Shown here piece after piece: positions 18,440 through 26,800 of a stretch of DNA of 38,082 bases (position 1 is its first letter; every line of letters starts with the position of its first letter). The notes under the pieces are model-generated. The model had not been told where the DNA came from. It saw nothing but the letters and a program-made list of their open reading frames with translations, and made no database searches. The stretch lies in the IMG/VR virus record IMGVR_UViG_3300027693_000002; one strand, written 5' to 3'. The translations under genes and the position numbers were made by a program. The DNA comes from a virus.

Positions 18440-18670
18440 ATGACCCTCAAACATACGGCTGACATGCTTGCCTCGCTCAACGAACTGACTGCCAAGGTGA
18501 CGGCATTCAAGTCGTTTGCTGAGCTAGCAGCTCGCATGCTTGATGGGTACGTTCCCACTCTACGTGGAGACGATGCGGACTCAAAGGCCCTCGCCCTAGG
18601 GATCACCAGGGCGGGATTCAAGGCTTGGAACCCGGCAACGGGACGGAATTGGGTCGACGAAACCGGTTGA
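18440..18670 (+). CDS. family C small protein (76 aa)
   Basis: Its C-terminal 45 aa are nearly identical to 18936..19169. Its stop codon lies inside the next -35 box (ACCGGTTGAGG). Confidence 0.7.
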   Translation: MTLKHTADMLASLNELTAKVTAFKSFAELAARMLDGYVPTLRGDDADSKALALGITRAGFKAWNPATGRNWVDETG

Positions 18671-18700
18671 GGTTCTCGAAGCTCGCGCGTAATAAGAGGC
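18667..18700 (+). promoter_or_regulatory. consensus leaderless promoter
   Basis: TTGAGG (18667-18672), 14-nt spacer, GCGTAATA (18687-18694), then ATG at 18701. Confidence 0.65.
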
Positions 18701-18919
18701 ATGCCCAAGACGAAAAAGCTAACCCCCACCCAGGTTAAAACTCTCCAAGAGATCATCAAGATTACGGGTGTGGGGTTTCCTTGGAGTTGTGTCCCGGAAT
18801 ACAAGCCGGCTCTTAAGCTGCTCGAGCTCGGGTACGTGTCGAAGACTAAAAGTTTAGGTGGGTCTCTAATCATCTTGGTTCCGACCGAGCTAGGTCGATC
18901 AGTGGCTTCGAGCTTGTAA
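18701..18919 (+). CDS. family D small protein (72 aa)
   Basis: Paralogue of 21236..21475, with the shared block WSC.PEYKPALKLLEL.YVSK...LVPTELGRSVAS. Confidence 0.7.
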   Translation: MPKTKKLTPTQVKTLQEIIKITGVGFPWSCVPEYKPALKLLELGYVSKTKSLGGSLIILVPTELGRSVASSL

Positions 18920-18935
18920 GAGGGGGATTTTCTAC

Positions 18936-19169
18936 ATGAAAAGCGAAGTTCAAGTTGCTGCCCAGATCGACAAACTCAACCAGCTAACGGCTTCGGCCAC
19001 GGCCTTTAGGTCGTTCGCGGAGTTAGCTGCCAAGATGCTCGATGGGTACGTTCCCACCCTACGAGGGGACGATGCTGACTCGAAGGCGTTGGCTCTCGAG
19101 ATCACCAAGGCAGGATTCAAGGCTTGGAACCCGGCGACTGGGCGGAACTGGGTCGACGAAACCGGTTGA
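18936..19169 (+). CDS. family C small protein (77 aa), SD-led
   Basis: AGAGGGGGA lies about 10 nt upstream. Paralogue of 18440. Confidence 0.7.
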   Translation: MKSEVQVAAQIDKLNQLTASATAFRSFAELAAKMLDGYVPTLRGDDADSKALALEITKAGFKAWNPATGRNWVDETG

Positions 19170-19200
19170 GGTTCTTGGGGGTCGTGCGTAATAGGATGGC
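19166..19200 (+). promoter_or_regulatory. consensus leaderless promoter
   Basis: TTGAGG (19166-19171), 14-nt spacer, GCGTAATA (19186-19193), then ATG at 19201. The stop codon of the previous gene is inside the -35. Confidence 0.65.
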
Positions 19201-19641
19201 ATGGCACGATACCTCATCACCGTAGCGGCAGTTCTCCTAGTCGACCTGAGTGGATGTGCCCCTTTAGAGGACCACTTCCAGGTGACAGGGGACGCTACGG
19301 AGGAAGAGATTGCGATCATGCAGGAGGCCTCGGACGCTTGGTGTGAAGCGACGAGTGGTGCTTGGTGCGCCCAGATGAACCGGGAAGAGGGCGCCAACAA
19401 GATTCGCATCGTGCCGGTAGGGGTATTGCCGGGGAAGGATCACGCCATCTACACCCACCACAAGGGGTTGTATGAGTGGCACGAGATCCGGATTACGGAC
19501 CGTCGGGATAGAGACACGTGGGAGTTTGACTTGTATTACACAGTACTCCACGAGATGGGGCACGCCTACAACCTGCACCATCAGGATGGTACGGTGATGC
19601 AAGTTGGTTATGATCGTACACTGTTCGAAGAGAAGCCATGA
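19201..19641 (+). CDS. putative lipoprotein zinc metallopeptidase (metzincin-like HEMGHAYNLHH)
   Basis: Signal peptide plus lipobox (LVDLSGC). An HExxH motif with a third His is spaced as in metzincins (HExxHxxxxxH, with Asn in place of the usual Gly). Confidence 0.6.
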   Translation: MARYLITVAAVLLVDLSGCAPLEDHFQVTGDATEEEIAIMQEASDAWCEATSGAWCAQMNREEGANKIRIVPVGVLPGKDHAIYTHHKGLYEWHEIRITDRRDRDTWEFDLYYTVLHEMGHAYNLHHQDGTVMQVGYDRTLFEEKP

Positions 19642-19815
19642 AAGAAAAACTGATTCGTTGGTTGGTCGGGACCCCCACTCATGAGACGGGGAGTAAGCGT
19701 ATTAGGACCGTATGCGACGCCATCAAGTGGCGCTTAGGGGGACTCCCCTGGTTGGACGCGTCGGTACGGTACGATGGTTCAGTATCCCTCTACTATTACA
19801 GGTAATCTTTCCCAA

Positions 19816-19850
19816 TTGAGTTCAGGATAGGCTCAAGCGTAATAGACGTG
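19816..19850 (+). promoter_or_regulatory. consensus promoter followed by a 22-nt SD-containing leader
   Basis: TTGAGT at 19816-19821 and GCGTAATA at 19837-19844. There is no ATG at the canonical spot. AGGAGA sits 8 nt before the ATG at 19865. Confidence 0.55.
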
Positions 19851-19864
19851 CAGGAGAAGAAACC

Positions 19865-20563
19865 ATGATACAGTATGTACGTCCAGGGAAGAAACTAACA
19901 CTATACTGCCAGTGTTACAGTTACTTTGGGTCGGGGATTGGGATCGTCCGGTTGACGTTGACCGGCGGGGCCACACGGGGGCCTTCTGTGGAGTCCGGAG
20001 ACAACGGGTTCTGCCGCTGGAAGTCCTGCGAGGTGACCCTGCAGGCAGGGTCTACTGCGCGCGCGGAAGAGTCGTACTATCCCGGTGGGGACAGCGACAT
20101 CACTTACGTCGCGGACCTGGAGAAGTGGCGGGAGAAGAGGCGGGCCCATTTGGCTCGACTGTTTCAAGATCGGAAGATCGAGAGGGCGTACGCCGAGCTT
20201 CATTCGGCTCGTAAGCTGGAGATTGAGACTCGCTTACGAGCTGCGATCCAGGCTGCCATCGAGCTGGAGGGGCAGGCCCGGGCGCGAGCTTCAGGGCGTA
20301 GTGGCGGTCGAGCCCGAAGGGGAGCCGTGGTTCTTCGAGCCCAAGCGGCAGACCAACGTCGACTTGCGGCGGCCCTAGCATCAACCTACTACGTGGAAGT
20401 GCTCGAGTGCTGTAACCGAGCGTGGTCGGTCGACCAAGGGCTAGCGTCCCGAGAGGTTCGATGGGAAGCTCGGAACAGTTTCCGACAAAGCCGAGGCGGG
20501 CTAGCATCCGCCAAAATGCCAGCGGGTTGTGAAGTGGCACTCAAGTGGGCGTTAGCTGAGTAA
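19865..20563 (+). CDS. hypothetical Arg/Ala-rich protein (232 aa)
   Basis: ORF with an SD. Confidence 0.5.
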   Translation: MIQYVRPGKKLTLYCQCYSYFGSGIGIVRLTLTGGATRGPSVESGDNGFCRWKSCEVTLQAGSTARAEESYYPGGDSDITYVADLEKWREKRRAHLARLFQDRKIERAYAELHSARKLEIETRLRAAIQAAIELEGQARARASGRSGGRARRGAVVLRAQAADQRRLAAALASTYYVEVLECCNRAWSVDQGLASREVRWEARNSFRQSRGGLASAKMPAGCEVALKWALAE

Positions 20564-20851
20564 GCCACACACTTTCGAGTTCAAAATTTGGACATTGACT
20601 TAGAACTGGGCTATTCGGGGTGGGTATGGACGAATTCAGTCACAGAATCCGGCAAATAGCCCATCTCGTGCTTCACAAGCAGGACACATCATCTTTTGAC
20701 CCGCTCGAGGTAGAGGCGGCCAAGATCTACCTCAAAGACCAGGGGCCCGAGGAACCCGAGACTGAACGGCCACCAAGCTCTCCAAGTTCTCCAAAGCGCT
20801 CTTAGAGGAACTTGGTCTCGAAGGGGGGGTGGGATTTCCTCGAAAGAGAGG

Positions 20852-20885
20852 TTGAGCCCGGGCTCCCTCGCGCGTAATAGAGAGC
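20852..20885 (+). promoter_or_regulatory. consensus leaderless promoter
   Basis: TTGAGC, 14-nt spacer, GCGTAATA (20872-20879), then ATG at 20886. Confidence 0.6.
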
Positions 20886-21062
20886 ATGTCTACCGAAACC
20901 CGCCTAGAAGTTATGGCTCATGCTGCCCGTTGGGCAAACAACATGCTCAATGAGGTTCAGGCGAATCATGGGGTCCTGTTAGGACCCCATGCGAGACAAG
21001 CTCTGAAAACGGCAGTCCTGGCCCTAGGGGACTTTCTACTACACGTGAGCGTCAACGAATGA
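20886..21062 (+). CDS. hypothetical 58-aa protein (below the 60-aa cutoff of the ORF track)
   Basis: An ATG at the canonical distance from the promoter; translates to MSTETRLEVMAHAARW...VNE. Confidence 0.5.
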   Translation: MSTETRLEVMAHAARWANNMLNEVQANHGVLLGPHARQALKTAVLALGDFLLHVSVNE

Positions 21063-21205
21063 AGCTCAGCGAGAAACAACAAGATCTGTTCGACGAGATC
21101 AAGGATTTGACCTCCAATGGGGGTCGATTATCGATCGACCCCCATGAGGTTCCAACGGCGAAGGTCCTCGTGCTCTCCTTCAAAGAACCGCCCAGCAAAG
21201 GTTGA
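21059..21205 (+). CDS. hypothetical 48-aa protein, coupled by an ATGA overlap
   Basis: Its start overlaps the upstream stop (gaATGAag). Its stop lies within the next -35 box (GGTTGATC). Confidence 0.4.
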   Translation: MKLSEKQQDLFDEIKDLTSNGGRLSIDPHEVPTAKVLVLSFKEPPSKG

Positions 21206-21235
21206 TCTCTTTAGAGCCCAGGCGTAATAGAGTGC
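21202..21235 (+). promoter_or_regulatory. consensus leaderless promoter (TTGATC-N14-GCGTAATA)
   Basis: GCGTAATA at 21222-21229, then ATG at 21236. Confidence 0.6.
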
Positions 21236-21475
21236 ATGAGCAAGAAGCTATCCCCAGCCCAAGCCCGGGTCCTTCAGGAAGTCATCAAGGTTACTGACGA
21301 TGGATATCGAGCTTGGAGTTGTTTCCCGGAATACAAGCCTGCTCTCAAGCTCCTCGAGCTTGAGTATGTGTCCAAAAGTGAGACCTTGGGTAGCTACCGA
21401 ATCACTTTGGTCCCAACCGAGCTAGGTAGATCAGTGGCTTCTAAGTTAGCCACATCTAAATCCTTGACCACTTGA
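21236..21475 (+). CDS. family D small protein (79 aa)
   Basis: Paralogue of 18701. Its last codons run into the 380-nt repeat. Confidence 0.7.
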   Translation: MSKKLSPAQARVLQEVIKVTDDGYRAWSCFPEYKPALKLLELEYVSKSETLGSYRITLVPTELGRSVASKLATSKSLTT

Positions 21476-21897
21476 CCGTCCTGGGGTATCCTCCGGGGGT
21501 CGTAAGTTCTTCTTGCCCAGCGCCCGAATAGGCTTAGCGCCTTCCTTCTGGGGTCAGCCAGGTAAGAAACCTGAGGCCGCCTACTTCGGTGGGTCGTAAC
21601 AGGTGAACCGATAGACACCAGATGTAGATCCTATAGATGTAGATTCTATCCGATGTAGATACCATGCCTCAGCTAGGCCGAACCGGCCCTGCTAGGTCAA
21701 AGTAAGCTGACGATCTCTGTTCCCTGGAATGAGCCAATCCTTCCTCTTAGTAGGTAAACACAGGCTACGAGGGACGCCCGAGTCCGAAGCTAAACCGGCC
21801 CGCAGGAACGAAGTAGGACAAATAGCTCTCATTCTCAGCCTGAATCCCTTTGCTTTAGAGCAATTGTCTGGAAACGGGCTAAAGGTGTATTTGGGGG
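21461..21897. repeat. R2 large intergenic repeat, copy A (~437 nt)
   Basis: It aligns with 27946-28325. The blocks are near-identical (about 130 nt identical: GATACCATGCCTCAGCTAGGCCGAACCGGCCC...GAGTCCGA). Copy A carries an extra insert with 3 tandem copies of a GATGTAGAT-containing ~15-mer (21620-21665). No ORF is conserved between the two copies. Confidence 0.75.
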
Positions 21898-21898
21898 G

Positions 21899-21933
21899 TT
21901 GAGTTCGGGGAAAGCTCGTGCGTAGTAGAGATC
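21899..21933 (+). promoter_or_regulatory. consensus leaderless promoter (GCGTAGTA variant)
   Basis: TTGAGT (21899-21904), 15-nt spacer, GCGTAGTA (21920-21927), then ATG at 21934. It is preceded by GGAAACGGGCTAAAGGTGTATTTGGGGGG. Confidence 0.6.
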
Positions 21934-22569
21934 ATGGCATTGACAATCGGTTACGAGGTTCATTGGGCGGGGGCTAACAGGGCGGATGAGTTGTCGGCGC
22001 TCCGCCATGGTGCAAAGAGGCATGCTACCTATGAAGCCGCTCTGGTAGAGTCCAGAGAGATCACCCCTCCTGAGCCCGATCTGGTGACCATAGTGGTGGA
22101 AGTTCGAACTAAGGTTCAAACCAACTGCTCACAACCCCTACGTGGAGACCCCATGCCGAAGCTCGAAGAACGAATCGAGAAGAAACGAATTCACCTCCGT
22201 ACGCTGGACGAACAGATCGGGGCCCTAATGGCCCTGCGTGCTGATGTAGGAGAGGAGCTTGCGGACCTCTTACTCGAGTCGCGGGTTGGCATTCCGGAGG
22301 TGGTCGAGGGCGGGCAGCCCTTCAGGAGCGACCAGAAGGTGATCTTGGAGAAGCGGGCCCCCGACGGCAAAGCTCGACTTCACCCAAACCAGCCTCCGGT
22401 GGGTGCCATGACCTTTGACGCCCTCTACGCTCTCTACTTCTGGGAGTCGACTCACGACAAGCTCGATGCACTCTTCTTTCGGGAGGGGGCGATCGAAGAG
22501 GAAACTTGGAAGGACCTCCGTGAGTGGCTCGACTCAAAAGGTTGGGTCGTACGGGTTGAGACCTGGTGA
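21934..22569 (+). CDS. hypothetical protein (211 aa)
   Basis: ORF at the promoter. Confidence 0.6.
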   Translation: MALTIGYEVHWAGANRADELSALRHGAKRHATYEAALVESREITPPEPDLVTIVVEVRTKVQTNCSQPLRGDPMPKLEERIEKKRIHLRTLDEQIGALMALRADVGEELADLLLESRVGIPEVVEGGQPFRSDQKVILEKRAPDGKARLHPNQPPVGAMTFDALYALYFWESTHDKLDALFFREGAIEEETWKDLREWLDSKGWVVRVETW

Positions 22570-22575
22570 ATCTGG

Positions 22576-22610
22576 TTGAGTTCGGGGTAGGCTCATGCGT
22601 AATAGGGAGC
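22576..22610 (+). promoter_or_regulatory. consensus leaderless promoter
   Basis: TTGAGT (22576-22581), GCGTAATA (22597-22604), gggagc, then ATG at 22611. Confidence 0.6.
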
Positions 22611-22817
22611 ATGGGCGACTTGACCACAATCTGGATGGTTCGAACGATGGGTTTCGACTTCATTGGGCTGGCTCCAAAGACGGATGAACATCCGGCAATG
22701 CAGTGCCGATTCGTCGAACAGACGAACCAGATCATCTTTGAGGAGTTTCAGGATGGCAACTGGAGTGTGATCCCCCCATGTCTTCGTGGGGATTGGCAGC
22801 TCTTCAAGGTCCGGTAG
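22611..22817 (+). CDS. hypothetical 68-aa protein. The start is reassigned to the promoter-defined ATG.
   Basis: The track ORF 22566..22817 starts inside the promoter, but the canonical geometry points to 22611. Confidence 0.5.
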   Translation: MGDLTTIWMVRTMGFDFIGLAPKTDEHPAMQCRFVEQTNQIIFEEFQDGNWSVIPPCLRGDWQLFKVR

Positions 22818-22831
22818 AACGCGAATGTTAT

Positions 22832-22859
22832 GGGGCGGGCTTAAGGCGTCAGGAGGGAT
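22832..22859 (+). promoter_or_regulatory. family G leader module, copy 1 (GGGGCGGGCTTAAGGCGTCAGGAGGGAT-ATG; SD-containing)
   Basis: A 28-nt block repeated 3 times (also at 23195-23222 and 23540-23567), each ending 0-1 nt before an ATG. It contains AGGAGGG. Confidence 0.6.
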
Positions 22860-23135
22860 ATGGCAAGACTACAATACACGTACAAGTACCCACGGACTTC
22901 CTGGACGGACGTGCGCGAGACCCTCAGCGCTCGAAAGCGACGGTACTGGTACTCGCTCGAGGCCGCGGTTCGAGACATCGAGCGCATGATGCGCCCGGGC
23001 TGCACGAAAGAACCGTTCGTGCAGTTGATCGAGGTTCCTCCAGACGGTCCTATGCGCGTCCTAGCCGAGCGTACCCAAGACGAGTGGCTAGGTACTCTTG
23101 AAGCGGCTGGGTTCATCGCTCGCAGAGTCTCATAA
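22860..23135 (+). CDS. family G small protein (91 aa)
   Basis: MARLQYTYKY...; it shares its leader and its first residues with 23223. Confidence 0.5.
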   Translation: MARLQYTYKYPRTSWTDVRETLSARKRRYWYSLEAAVRDIERMMRPGCTKEPFVQLIEVPPDGPMRVLAERTQDEWLGTLEAAGFIARRVS

Positions 23136-23194
23136 GGTGAACCAACCTACATCGTTCCGCCTCGCTAGATAGTTCCGCCCGAACCCATTCAGTT

Positions 23195-23222
23195 GGGGCG
23201 GGCTTGAGGCGTCAGGAGGGAT
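23195..23222 (+). promoter_or_regulatory. family G leader module, copy 2
   Basis: GGGGCGGGCTTGAGGCGTCAGGAGGGAT, preceded by the hairpin CCGCCC...GGGCGG. Confidence 0.55.
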
Positions 23223-23480
23223 ATGACAAGACTACAATACACGAAGTTATGCGCATGGTTTGCGTTTTGGTATGTCGCATTGACAGCGTTACGGGCACTG
23301 CGCAACAGTGACACACTGATGTGTAAGTGGGCCTCGGTTGCGGCCAGGTGGCATCCGTGCGCCAAATCCGAGCCGGAGCTGCCAGATTATCCAGGTCGAG
23401 GGCCAGGAGGAGAGTCGCTGGTACGAGCGATCCATCTCGACGTTTTGCACGGCACGGACCGTGCATTTTCAAGTATGTGA
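23223..23480 (+). CDS. family G small protein (85 aa); diverged after the N-terminus
   Basis: MTRLQYT... Confidence 0.4.
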   Translation: MTRLQYTKLCAWFAFWYVALTALRALRNSDTLMCKWASVAARWHPCAKSEPELPDYPGRGPGGESLVRAIHLDVLHGTDRAFSSM

Positions 23481-23514
23481 GGAGGAAGTGATGAATATCA
23501 CATGCATACTATAC

Positions 23515-23567
23515 GCCTTAAGCCCGAACCCATTCAGTTGGGGCGGGCTTAAGGCATCAGGAGGGAT
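23515..23567 (+). promoter_or_regulatory. family G leader module, copy 3, with a 12-bp stem hairpin (GCCTTAAGCCCG / CGGGCTTAAGGC)
   Basis: The 3' arm of the hairpin is part of the conserved leader block just upstream of the SD. Confidence 0.55.
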
Positions 23568-23951
23568 ATGCCTACATTCAATTTAGAGGCACTGGAAAGT
23601 CTACCAGCTGGTACTATCCCAGATGGCTGGTACCCTATTAGGCGGGTTGATCTCGACGGCGTGCAACTGGTCGAGACCGATACAGGAGCTTACCGGCTTA
23701 CGGCCGGGGAACACGGGAAGAACCCCCATTTTGGGCGTGTGCAGAATATCCCCGGGCGTGGGCCCGCGTGGATGCGTTTGATTTTCCGCGAATGTGCCTA
23801 TGGCGCGGAGTCGGATTCTGCCCAGCAAGCGATTGCTGAGGCCATAGAGGCCGAGAACGCTGAGAGTCAAGTCCGACCCCCTTCTTCGATTGAGCGCGCA
23901 AACGAACTTCAGGGGGTAAGCGCCAAAGCGGGCCCCTCCAAAACCGGTTGA
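23568..23951 (+). CDS. hypothetical protein (127 aa)
   Basis: ORF that follows a module-type leader. It ends ...AAAACCGGTTGA, inside the next -35 box. Confidence 0.5.
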   Translation: MPTFNLEALESLPAGTIPDGWYPIRRVDLDGVQLVETDTGAYRLTAGEHGKNPHFGRVQNIPGRGPAWMRLIFRECAYGAESDSAQQAIAEAIEAENAESQVRPPSSIERANELQGVSAKAGPSKTG

Positions 23952-23981
23952 GCTTCGTGTTGCCCGCGCGTAATACTGGGC
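23948..23981 (+). promoter_or_regulatory. consensus leaderless promoter
   Basis: TTGAGC (23948-23953), 14-nt spacer, GCGTAATA (23968-23975), then ATG at 23982. Confidence 0.6.
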
Positions 23982-24245
23982 ATGGCACATAGAACTCACC
24001 GCAAGTTGGCAAAGCGACTGATCAGCCCTTGTTGGATGATCCGGACCGGGATTGCTTGCGAGCAGATCTCCCCCGTGTATCCGACCCTTGAGAAGGGATT
24101 CGAGGAGGTGGTCTCCGCCGTTTGCGGGTTTGACCCACTGTCAAGTCCGGACACCATCGAGCTCGTCCGCCACAGTCGGCGGAATCCAAAGCTTCTCGTC
24201 CGGTACTACTGTACGGATGAGGGGAAGATCGTCCAGGTTCAGTAG
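23982..24245 (+). CDS. hypothetical protein (87 aa)
   Basis: ORF at the promoter. Confidence 0.55.
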   Translation: MAHRTHRKLAKRLISPCWMIRTGIACEQISPVYPTLEKGFEEVVSAVCGFDPLSSPDTIELVRHSRRNPKLLVRYYCTDEGKIVQVQ

Positions 24246-24258
24246 GCGCGCTTTCTGG

Positions 24259-24293
24259 TTAATTTCGTCACGGGTTTCCGCGTAATAATGGGC
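24259..24293 (+). promoter_or_regulatory. consensus leaderless promoter (TTAATT -35)
   Basis: GCGTAATA at 24280-24287. The canonical ATG is at 24294; an extra ATG at 24288 directly abuts the box. Confidence 0.55.
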
Positions 24294-24677
24294 ATGTCGA
24301 ACAACGTTCATCTCCTGGATTTTATTCACACTGGGACTCAACAGCAGTTGGTTGCATTCGCCTGCAAGGTAGCTAAGCGAGCCAGCCCCGGGCCTGCTGG
24401 ACTTCATGCGATCGAGATTGCGGAGCGATGGCTCCGGGGTGAAGCTATTTCGAAGGAAGAACTCATCGTCGCGGGAGATGCGGCCTCTGATGCAGACGAT
24501 GACCTGGCAGGCTACGCTACCATCGCGGCGGCCTTTCCAGGAGATGCCGTCGAAGCGGCTTACATAACGGCGATCCACGCTTTGGATGATCTTGACGACC
24601 ACGCTCAGGAGGCTGAGGTGGCTCAACAAGTCCAGGACTTTCTTGATATCTTGGGTGGAAACCCAGCAAAGGAGTGA
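24288..24677 (+). CDS. hypothetical acidic protein (129 aa from 24288, or 127 aa from 24294)
   Basis: First gene of an operon whose downstream genes are SD-led. Confidence 0.6.
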   Translation: MGMSNNVHLLDFIHTGTQQQLVAFACKVAKRASPGPAGLHAIEIAERWLRGEAISKEELIVAGDAASDADDDLAGYATIAAAFPGDAVEAAYITAIHALDDLDDHAQEAEVAQQVQDFLDILGGNPAKE

Positions 24678-25177
24678 ATATGGGAGAGTTTTCGGAACAA
24701 TTGATGTCTGGGGGGCCGGAGCTCTTAGCGCTACCCGCAGATCCGGTTATAGGCGAGGCGTTGACCTCGATGCAGGCCTACCCGGAGGAATGGTGGTGTG
24801 AGCTTCAAGAGCTTCAACCAAAGCTTCGTATGGCGATTCTGGAGACGGCAGTGGCTGGAGATCGGGCTGCCCAGGATGCTGATTGGCTCCTGAGTGATTA
24901 TGATACCTTCAACTATGCGTTGAATACCCGAACGTTTGACGAGGGCTTCTTGCGGTTTGTCATGGGATTGCTCGAGTGTGGGCCGGGTTTACACTTCAGT
25001 GGACCACGGTTCCGGTTAGCTTTCCGACTTGGAGTACTGAACGCGGCTTCCTTCCAGGATAAGCATCGGAAGGACATGGTTATTTGCCGCTCACAGGATG
25101 CTGCCCCTTGGGAAGCTCGACCAATGCAGCTCTTACGGAGGCTGGCCGCCGTAAAGGTAAAGCCCGAACCCAAGTAG
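24674..25177 (+). CDS. hypothetical protein (167 aa), SD-led, with a 4-nt overlap
   Basis: AAGGAG lies 9 nt upstream of the start. Confidence 0.55.
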   Translation: MNMGEFSEQLMSGGPELLALPADPVIGEALTSMQAYPEEWWCELQELQPKLRMAILETAVAGDRAAQDADWLLSDYDTFNYALNTRTFDEGFLRFVMGLLECGPGLHFSGPRFRLAFRLGVLNAASFQDKHRKDMVICRSQDAAPWEARPMQLLRRLAAVKVKPEPK

Positions 25178-25198
25178 AACAGTGGGTGAGGGCGGCCC

Positions 25199-25606
25199 AT
25201 GAAACTCGAGGAAGTGACCGCTGGAAGGCGATTGAAACTGAGCAATCTCGCTCAGTTAGAAGGGGTATACCAAATGCTAGGTAGAAGGGGCATTCCATCT
25301 ATTTCGTTGAAACAATTGGTAGATGATGCGGTTTTTGCACTCTCACGGTTCCAACACGAGAAAGGGACTGTCAGCGAGCTACGTTCCCTGGCAAGTCCGA
25401 ATCACATCATGGACTTGATCTTCTTTGCCAACGCGAAGTCGGTCACTTTTCGTGATCGTGGCGTGGAGTGCGCGGTCGAAGCGGACAAGCGAGACTGTCA
25501 GCTCGCTGCTCTCGCGTTGGTCAAGATAGCCCAGCGAGCTGAACACATTGTGGAGGTCCTTCGAGGAAGGAGAATACCAGATGTGGTACGACATTGTGAA
25601 CGGTAA
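25199..25606 (+). CDS. hypothetical protein (135 aa)
   Basis: ORF in the operon. Confidence 0.5.
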   Translation: MKLEEVTAGRRLKLSNLAQLEGVYQMLGRRGIPSISLKQLVDDAVFALSRFQHEKGTVSELRSLASPNHIMDLIFFANAKSVTFRDRGVECAVEADKRDCQLAALALVKIAQRAEHIVEVLRGRRIPDVVRHCER

Positions 25607-25946
25607 CGGGGACTTTCTCGGACGTGCTAATGGGGATACGCCGGAGGGGGCCGTCGAAGGAGTCCAAAAGTACTGGCCATGTCCCGAAGACCGTTGGCTT
25701 CGAGACCCAAGTAACAAGGAGTCCCAGGACCTTCTCATTCCTGGGGCCAAGAAGGAACAGGAACTGGTCCGAAAGGATGTTTGGGCCTTCTGCAAACCCC
25801 ACATTAAGGGAATGCTGGGTGTGCAGACCAAACCGTTGAATAAGCCCCCGCAATTCTTAGATGGGGAGTACTACTACGAGGTTCTTGGTAAGACCTACTG
25901 CGTCAAGATCGTGCTTGATGCAGTCTTCATCACCCGCATCAAATAG
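25548..25946 (+). CDS. family F protein (132 aa), with its C-terminal 57 aa shared with 25999..26541
   Basis: AAGGAG SD. The C-terminal block KDVWAFC.PHIKGM....KPLNKPPQFLDGEY.YEVLGKTYCVKIVLDAVFITR.K is duplicated. Confidence 0.6.
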   Translation: MWRSFEEGEYQMWYDIVNGNGDFLGRANGDTPEGAVEGVQKYWPCPEDRWLRDPSNKESQDLLIPGAKKEQELVRKDVWAFCKPHIKGMLGVQTKPLNKPPQFLDGEYYYEVLGKTYCVKIVLDAVFITRIK

Positions 25947-25963
25947 AACTGACTCAAAGAGAG

Positions 25964-25998
25964 TTGAGTTCTTGGACCCTCGCGCGTAATAGAGGGGT
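25964..25998 (+). promoter_or_regulatory. consensus leaderless promoter
   Basis: TTGAGT (25964-25969), 14-nt spacer, GCGTAATA (25984-25991), then ATG at 25999. Confidence 0.65.
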
Positions 25999-26541
25999 AT
26001 GCAAGACCAAGACGATATCAAGGAAGAGCTCAAGCACATTGTCTGGGGTCTCGCCATCGAAGGGGCCACGGCTCATCTCCACGAGACCAGCGTTACCTTC
26101 AAGGCCGAGGGGGTGGATTGCTCCATCTATACGGAGGTGCTTGCGATCCCGAACCAAGTGACCAAGGACGCCGAGGGGAATGAATACGTTCCCTTGGAGG
26201 TCAGAGTCACCCTAGTTGAGCCAATTTTTGCTTTAGACACGCCCAAGGAAATCATCGCCCGACTCCAATTCGGGCTCAAGGTTGCCCAGCTCGCGCAGAG
26301 CATTGTTGATCACTTCGCAGGCCGAGACCTTCGGTGCCTCCTCTGTAGCGCAGGTGAGAGGGCCGAGAAGGATGTTTGGGCCTTCTGCACACCCCACATT
26401 AAGGGAATGCGGGTAGACAAGACCAAGCCGTTGAATAAGCCCCCGCAATTCTTAGATGGGGAGTACCACTACGAGGTTCTTGGTAAGACCTACTGCGTCA
26501 AGATCGTGCTTGATGCAGTCTTCATCACGCGCACCAAATAG
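25999..26541 (+). CDS. family F protein (180 aa)
   Basis: Its C-terminal domain is duplicated from the previous gene, and the promoter is duplicated with it (a 40-nt identical upstream block). Confidence 0.65.
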   Translation: MQDQDDIKEELKHIVWGLAIEGATAHLHETSVTFKAEGVDCSIYTEVLAIPNQVTKDAEGNEYVPLEVRVTLVEPIFALDTPKEIIARLQFGLKVAQLAQSIVDHFAGRDLRCLLCSAGERAEKDVWAFCTPHIKGMRVDKTKPLNKPPQFLDGEYHYEVLGKTYCVKIVLDAVFITRTK

Positions 26542-26557
26542 AACGGACCCAAAAAAG

Positions 26558-26591
26558 TTGAGTTCTTGGACCCTCGCGCGTAATAGAGGGC
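26558..26591 (+). promoter_or_regulatory. consensus leaderless promoter
   Basis: Identical to the 25964 promoter over about 35 nt (TTGAGTTCTTGGACCCTCGCGCGTAATAGAGGGC). Confidence 0.65.
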
Positions 26592-26795
26592 ATGAAGACG
26601 GAACTCATGGTTGGCTCAGAACTCGTAAAACGCCGCCGTAGCCTCTCGTACCCTTCTGGAACTGTCAAGGTTCCTGGAACCTTGGTCACGATTGTCGGAT
26701 CGACTCCCAAGTTTTGGGAGTTGAGCGATGACACTCTCGTGTCAAAAACCACTCTCGAAGCAAAAGGTTCGCTATTCACTTACAGTGTGAGCTGA
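26592..26795 (+). CDS. hypothetical protein (67 aa)
   Basis: ORF at the promoter. Confidence 0.5.
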   Translation: MKTELMVGSELVKRRRSLSYPSGTVKVPGTLVTIVGSTPKFWELSDDTLVSKTTLEAKGSLFTYSVS

Positions 26796-26800
26796 TAGCC

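Noticed and set aside
21620-21665. CRISPR-like array (three GATGTAGAT-containing units)
   Set aside because: Only 3 short, imperfect, contiguous ~15-nt units with no spacers. It is a minisatellite inside repeat R2 copy A.
21461-21897. Group I intron assignment for the 380-nt repeat, based on a remembered similarity of GTAAGCTGACG to the Tetrahymena intron core
   Set aside because: It does not interrupt any recognisable gene, since exon continuity is absent on both sides. I cannot verify P/Q/R/S pairing by eye. It is kept only as a search suggestion.
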